Shown here piece after piece: positions 58,701 through 64,000 of a stretch of 64,000 nucleotides of DNA. Under the pieces are notes generated by a model. The model saw nothing but the letters and a program-made list of their open reading frames with translations, was not told where the DNA came from and did no database searches. The stretch is from assembly GCF_009914755.1 (NCBI RefSeq), contig NC_060929.1; one strand, given 5' to 3'. The DNA is from the human T2T-CHM13v2.0 reference genome, Homo sapiens. Each line of letters opens with the position of its first letter. Position 1 is the first letter of the stretch. A program made the translations under genes and the position numbers.

Positions 58701-59749
58701 ACTATATAGGAACACTAGAGGGAGCCCACTTCCAAGAGACTTCATGTGGCTGGCAGTTGATAAAGGTTATGAAGTGATTCATGAGTGGACAAGACATGTT
58801 TTCAAACCAATAAGGCATCACATTCATCAACCACGCTGGTGGAGGCCTTTACTCTCACTCAGGAAGGAGTGCTAAAAATGTACATTACTATAGAATCTGA
58901 GAAAGTGATGAAGAGTTCTAGGGGACTAGTTTGGTATAGGAGGAGGCAGTCATTTACAAAAATTCTATGGTAAGCCTAAGCTATGGAGAAAAAATTTAAA
59001 AAAAAAAAAAGGCTGTCGGAGAATGTGGCTTTCACTGAAATATCTAAGAGTTTATGTCCCATGGAAAAAAATGTCTTTCTGTAGGGGGCAGATGTGTGGT
59101 TCATAATGATACCTAAAAGTCTGTTTTTATATAAACCTGTAATATAATTATGTCAACAAACGACGTGGAATCTAAAATTAATTGAACAGTGGTTTCTTGT
59201 CATCAGTCTAGTCACTAAAACTGTATATCGCATGAAAATCGTTCATTTGCTTCTTGGAAATAAATACAAAGATAAATCTGTAATTTTACTAGATGCGTAA
59301 TGTGTCAAACATTATTTTAGTCACTATGCTATGGTTATACACAGTAAAAAAGTGCATGTAAATACATTGATAAAATTAAATTGAAATCAAACTTCTTTGC
59401 ATGGTGATCAATTATTTTGGGAGACTAATTTGAATCACCTATCTCATGTGATAACTAACACACTTAATTGTCTGAAAAAGCAGAGCAGTTGGCCTTAGAA
59501 AAAGCCAGCACCTCTATTTAAGTGTAGTAATAAAAATATTCAAACCATTGGTGAATATGGGAGAAATAATCTAGCCAATAGTGCAGCCCTGATTTATACC
59601 TGGTTCATAGCCTGCCTTTCCGAGTCACATCTCAATGCCTGATTTGTTTACTAGTGTCTCTCTTATTTGGTATGCCCTTTCTTCAGTGGTCTCTTTCCAC
59701 ACAACCTTAGTCACAATGGACACACACATACACACACATACGCCACATC

Positions 59750-60530
59750 AAACACACAAGTAAACATTTATTTATCCCGTAAATCTGCTGCTCAGTAATT
59801 TAGGCTGGGCCTCATCTGGTGATTTTGCCTATCTTGTTTTACCCTACCCAGATCAGATATCTGATAGTCAACTGGTTGTGAGCTGAGACAACTCAGGGTT
59901 ACTGGATTCGGTTCTACCTATCGTTCCTTTTCTAGTAGTCTAGCCTGGGTTTGTGTTTATAAAATGGTAGTGATGCAAGACCAGGAAAAGTCTAATCACT
60001 CAAATGATCCCCAAGCCTCTGCCTTCAACGTGTTTGTGAACAACATGCCCAAGTCAGATCCATGTGTGAGAGCACTGCCTGAGTACTTGGAATAGGAGAA
60101 AAATATAAACAGTGTTATAGACTGAATTGCATTTCCCAAAATTTATATATTGAAATCCTAACCTCTAGTACCTCATATTACTATATTTAGAGATAGCGTT
60201 TTTAAAGAGGTAATAAAAGTTAAATGAAATCTTTGGGGTAGGCCCTAATACAATATAACTGTATCCTTAGAAGAGGAGGTTAGGACACACACATACACAC
60301 AGAGAAGAATGACCATGTGGAGACAAAGGGCGAAGACAGCCGTATATAAGCCAAAGACAAAGGTTTCAGAATAAAACCAAACCTGCCTACACCTTGATTT
60401 CAGATTTCTCACCCACAGAACTGTGAGAAAAATTTTAAACTTTTGTCATTTAAGTCATGCAGGGTCTGGTATATTATCACGGAAGCCCTAGCAAACTAAT
60501 ATAGGGAGAAATAAAAAATGCTATCACAAT
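59750..60530 (-). mobile_element. MLT1H-like LTR split by MLT1B
   Basis: 'aatttaggctgggcctcatctgg', 'agtctagcctgggtttgt', 'caagcctctgc'. Confidence 0.55.
60113..60503 (+). mobile_element. MLT1B solo LTR
   Basis: tgttatagactgaattg start; 'gaagacagccgtatataagccaa'; ends gccctagcaaactaatata. Confidence 0.88.
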
Positions 60531-60659
60531 ATGGTGAGTCCCAGGATAAGGGCCCCAACATTCTTACACAATCATTTTATCAAGCTTAAATTACAGGACT
60601 TTATGAGTCACATCAGGTCTAGATGTAGTTCCCTTAAAAGGCGGATCTGTAAAGCGAAG

Positions 60660-61099
60660 TGCTATGGTTTTAATATTCATCCCCTCCAAAACTTCTGTTG
60701 AAAATGTAATCTCTAATATGGCAGTATTGAGAGGTGGGCCTTTAAGAGATGGTTGGGTCATGAGAGCCCTGTGCTCATAAATTGATTAATTCATTCGTGA
60801 ATTAACAGATTAATGGAATATTGGGTTAACACATTGAACAGTTATCATGGGAGTGATGCTGGTGGCTTTATAAGAGGAAGAGCGAACTGAGCCAACACAT
60901 TTAGTCCTCTCACTATGTGATGCCCTTACCCAACTCAAGACTCTGCAGAGGATCCCAACCAGCAAGAAGGCTCTCATCAGATGCAGCTCCTCAACCTTGG
61001 ACTTCTTACACTCCACACCTGTAAGAAATACCTTTCTTATTAAATAAATAACCCAGTGTCAGGTATTCTGTTACAAACAACAGAAAATGAACTAAGATA
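60660..61099 (+). mobile_element. MSTB1/B2-like solo LTR
   Basis: tgctatggttt start; 'gattaat...gttatcatgggagtg...ggtggctttataagagg'; ends aactaagata. Confidence 0.85.
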
Positions 61100-61208
61100 T
61101 TAAACTAAAAGATATCTTCCTCACACACACCCAAATGTAGTCTTGCAACAGAAACAGAATAACACCAAAAAGAATCTGCATTCAAAAAGATGGAAAAAGT
61201 GAGGCAGC

Positions 61209-61781
61209 TGTTCCGAAAAGAGCTCAGGGAGACTCTGTTCAAATCATGCACATTCCCCGGGTTTTAAGATTGGCTCTTTGCCCAACACCTGGCAGATGAC
61301 CCCTAAGTCCCTGGAGTATCTTGCCTGGTATGTGTGTCTTCATACACTTGAGTTTTTGGGCCATGACAGATGGTTTACACTAATAATGTTATTTATGGTA
61401 AATGTCCGCAGTTTTGGGACTTAGCTGAGCTCAGTCACGTGAGCACTGCATGCCTTTGTGAATAATCCCCAATGAAAACGGTAGGCGCCAATGTTCGGGT
61501 GGGCTTCCCTGGTAGGCAATACTGTGCATGCGTTGTCACACACTGTTTCTGTGGGATATAAGCACTGTTCATACAAATCCACTGGGAGAGGACAGTTGGA
61601 AGTCCATGTCTGCTTTCTGCTGGACTCCATCCACCCTGTGTACCTTGTTATTCCTTGCTGATTTTAATCTGTTTTCTTTTGCTGTAAGTAAACTGCAACT
61701 GTATTAACACTTTTCTGATGTCTGTGATGTTTTCAAGTGAATTAGCAAGCCTAAGTGTGGTCTGGGGAACCCCTGAGAACA
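61209..61781 (+). mobile_element. MER77/MER21-family ERVL LTR
   Basis: 'ttgggccatgacagatggtttacactaataatg', 'gggcttccctggtaggcaatact', 'tccactgggagaggacag', ends gtggtctggggaacccctgagaaca. Confidence 0.75.
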
Positions 61782-61939
61782 AAACAAATGATAAATTTTA
61801 AGATGAGGGCTCAAAATTGACAGTTATTTACACCTATATTCTATGAACAAAAGAAAGTTATAATATGTATTAGTTGTAATCATTCTTTCACTTGAAGCCA
61901 AATCATTTCAATCTCTGCTTCTGTGGCCACATCCTATCT

Positions 61940-62273
61940 TGTTTTATGTTGTTTTGTTTTGTTTTTCAGACAAGGTCTTGCTTGGTTGCCCAGACTGGAC
62001 TTGGAGTGCAGTGGTGTGATCTGGGCTCACTGCACTGCAACCTTCGCTTTCCAGGCTCAAGGAATCCTCCCACTTTAGCCTCTTGAGTAGGTGGGACTAC
62101 AGGTGTGTGCCACTATGCCCAGCTAATTTTTATTCATTTATTTATTTATTTATTGTAGATACAGGGTTTCACCATGCTGACCAAGCTGGTCTTGAACTCC
62201 TGGACTCAAGCTATCTGCCAACCTTTGCCTCCCAAAGTGCTGGGATTACAGATGTGACATCCTGGACCTGGCC
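61940..62273 (-). mobile_element. AluJb
   Basis: Dimer with 'caggctcaaggaatcctcccac' and 'cctggactcaag'. Confidence 0.9.
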
Positions 62274-62597
62274 CTTTCTCTCTCTCAAAATTACTTCTAC
62301 CTCTCTCTTATAAGGATACATGTGCATTTAGGGTCCAAAGAATAATCTAGAATAAGCATTTTCTCTAAAGATTCTTAAGTGAATACAGTCATGCCTCCCT
62401 TAATGACAGGGATATGTTCTGAGAAATGCATCTTTCAGCATTTTCACTGGTGTACAAACATAGAGTACTTACACAAGCCAAGATGGTATAGCTCACAACA
62501 AACCTAGGCTACACAGTACAGCCTACTGCGCCGAGGCTACAAATCTACACAGCATTTTACTATACTGAATACTGGAGACAATTGTAACACAATGGTA

Positions 62598-62907
<310 letters not shown>

Positions 62908-63074
62908 CCTAAATATATTTAAACATAGAACATGCAGAGTAAAAATACGGTGTGAAAGATAAAATGTGGTCCACCTGTACAGGACATTTAACATGAATGG
63001 AGCTTTTAGTACTGCAAGTTGCTGTGGGTGAGTCAGCAAGTGGGTGCTGAGTGAATGTGAAGGTCTAGGATATT

Positions 63075-63140
63075 ACTGTACACTACCGTAGACTTTATAA
63101 ACACTGTACACTACCGTAGACTTTATAAACACTGTACACT
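63075..63140. repeat. Perfect 28-bp tandem duplication inside Tigger3
   Basis: actgtacactaccgtagactttataaac x2, then actgtacact. Confidence 0.95.
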
Positions 63141-64000
63141 TAAGCACTACTAAATTTATTTAAAAATATTTACTTTCCTCTATAATTAAACTTAGCTTAC
63201 TGAAAGTTTTTATGTTATAAACTTATTTTTTTTACTTTTGACTCGTACTCTTATAACATCCAAAAACACAAACACATTGTACAGCTGTACAAAAATATTT
63301 TTCTTTATATCCTTATTCTATAAGCTTTTTCCAGTTTTTAAATTTATTTTATTTATTATCAATTTATTTTTAAACTTCTTTGTTAAAAATAAGACACAAC
63401 CATGCAGATTCACCTAGGCCTACACATGGCTAGCATCATCAACATCAGTTTATTCTACCTCCACATCCTGTCCCCCTGGAAGGCCATCAGAGGCAATAAC
63501 ACTCAAGGAGCTGTCATCTCCTGTGATAACAATGCCTCCTGACGGACCTGCCTGAAGCTGTTTTACAGTTAACCTTTTTTTTCTTTAATAATAAGAAAGC
63601 ATACACTCTGAAATATAGTACGTTAAATATTAGGTGACGGGAATTTTTCAGTGTCATTATAATCTTATAGGACCACAGTCATACCGTGTATGCAGTCCAA
63701 ATTGTGACAAGAAACATGACTGTAAGATACTTTTCCAAATAAGGTAATATTCACAGGTGTCTGGGATTGGGACATTTTTGGGGCCATCATCCATTCCACA
63801 TAAGGCAATGGCCAAAGTCAAATGGTGGGCAACAGACTCCATCCATTGTAAGGATATGGCCACAGTGTAAGTTTACAACACAACAAGGGGCTACTAAAAA
63901 GTTGGGACCAAAAAAAAAAAAAGAATTGCCATCTTTTACATAATGAGTCATGGTATGCAAATTTTACATTTCCCTAATACCAAAACGTCCCCAAATCTCA

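Overview
AT-rich primate (human-like: AluJ/S/Y, THE1, MLT2A1) non-coding DNA, either a gene desert or a large intron. I find no credible protein-coding gene, RNA gene, CpG island or CRISPR-like array. The recognisable ORFs in the track come from Alu, L1, MaLR or ERV sequence; the rest are short and show no motif I recognise. About half or more of the window is nested interspersed repeat: 13 Alu/Alu-monomer copies, about 20 MaLR LTRs (including a two-LTR THE1 provirus sitting inside a probable two-LTR MLT1J provirus), a truncated HERV-L (MLT2A1 LTR, gag, pol) with a gag-to-RT deletion, older ERVL and Gypsy-like fossils, hAT/Tigger DNA transposons, L1/L2/MIR fragments and microsatellites. I cannot support a new biological system. 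The most interesting unexplained structure is four separate locally templated or fold-back insertions (22.1, 32.7, 45.7, 53.0 kb) that look like fossil template-switch or end-joining repair scars. Also notable: a poly(A)-tailed retroposed LTR 3' end, an L1 fragment lacking both ends that caps the HERV-L, a twin-primed L1, and a candidate non-coding exon. Subfamily names come from my recall of consensus sequences, not a database search. Boundaries of old repeats are approximate.
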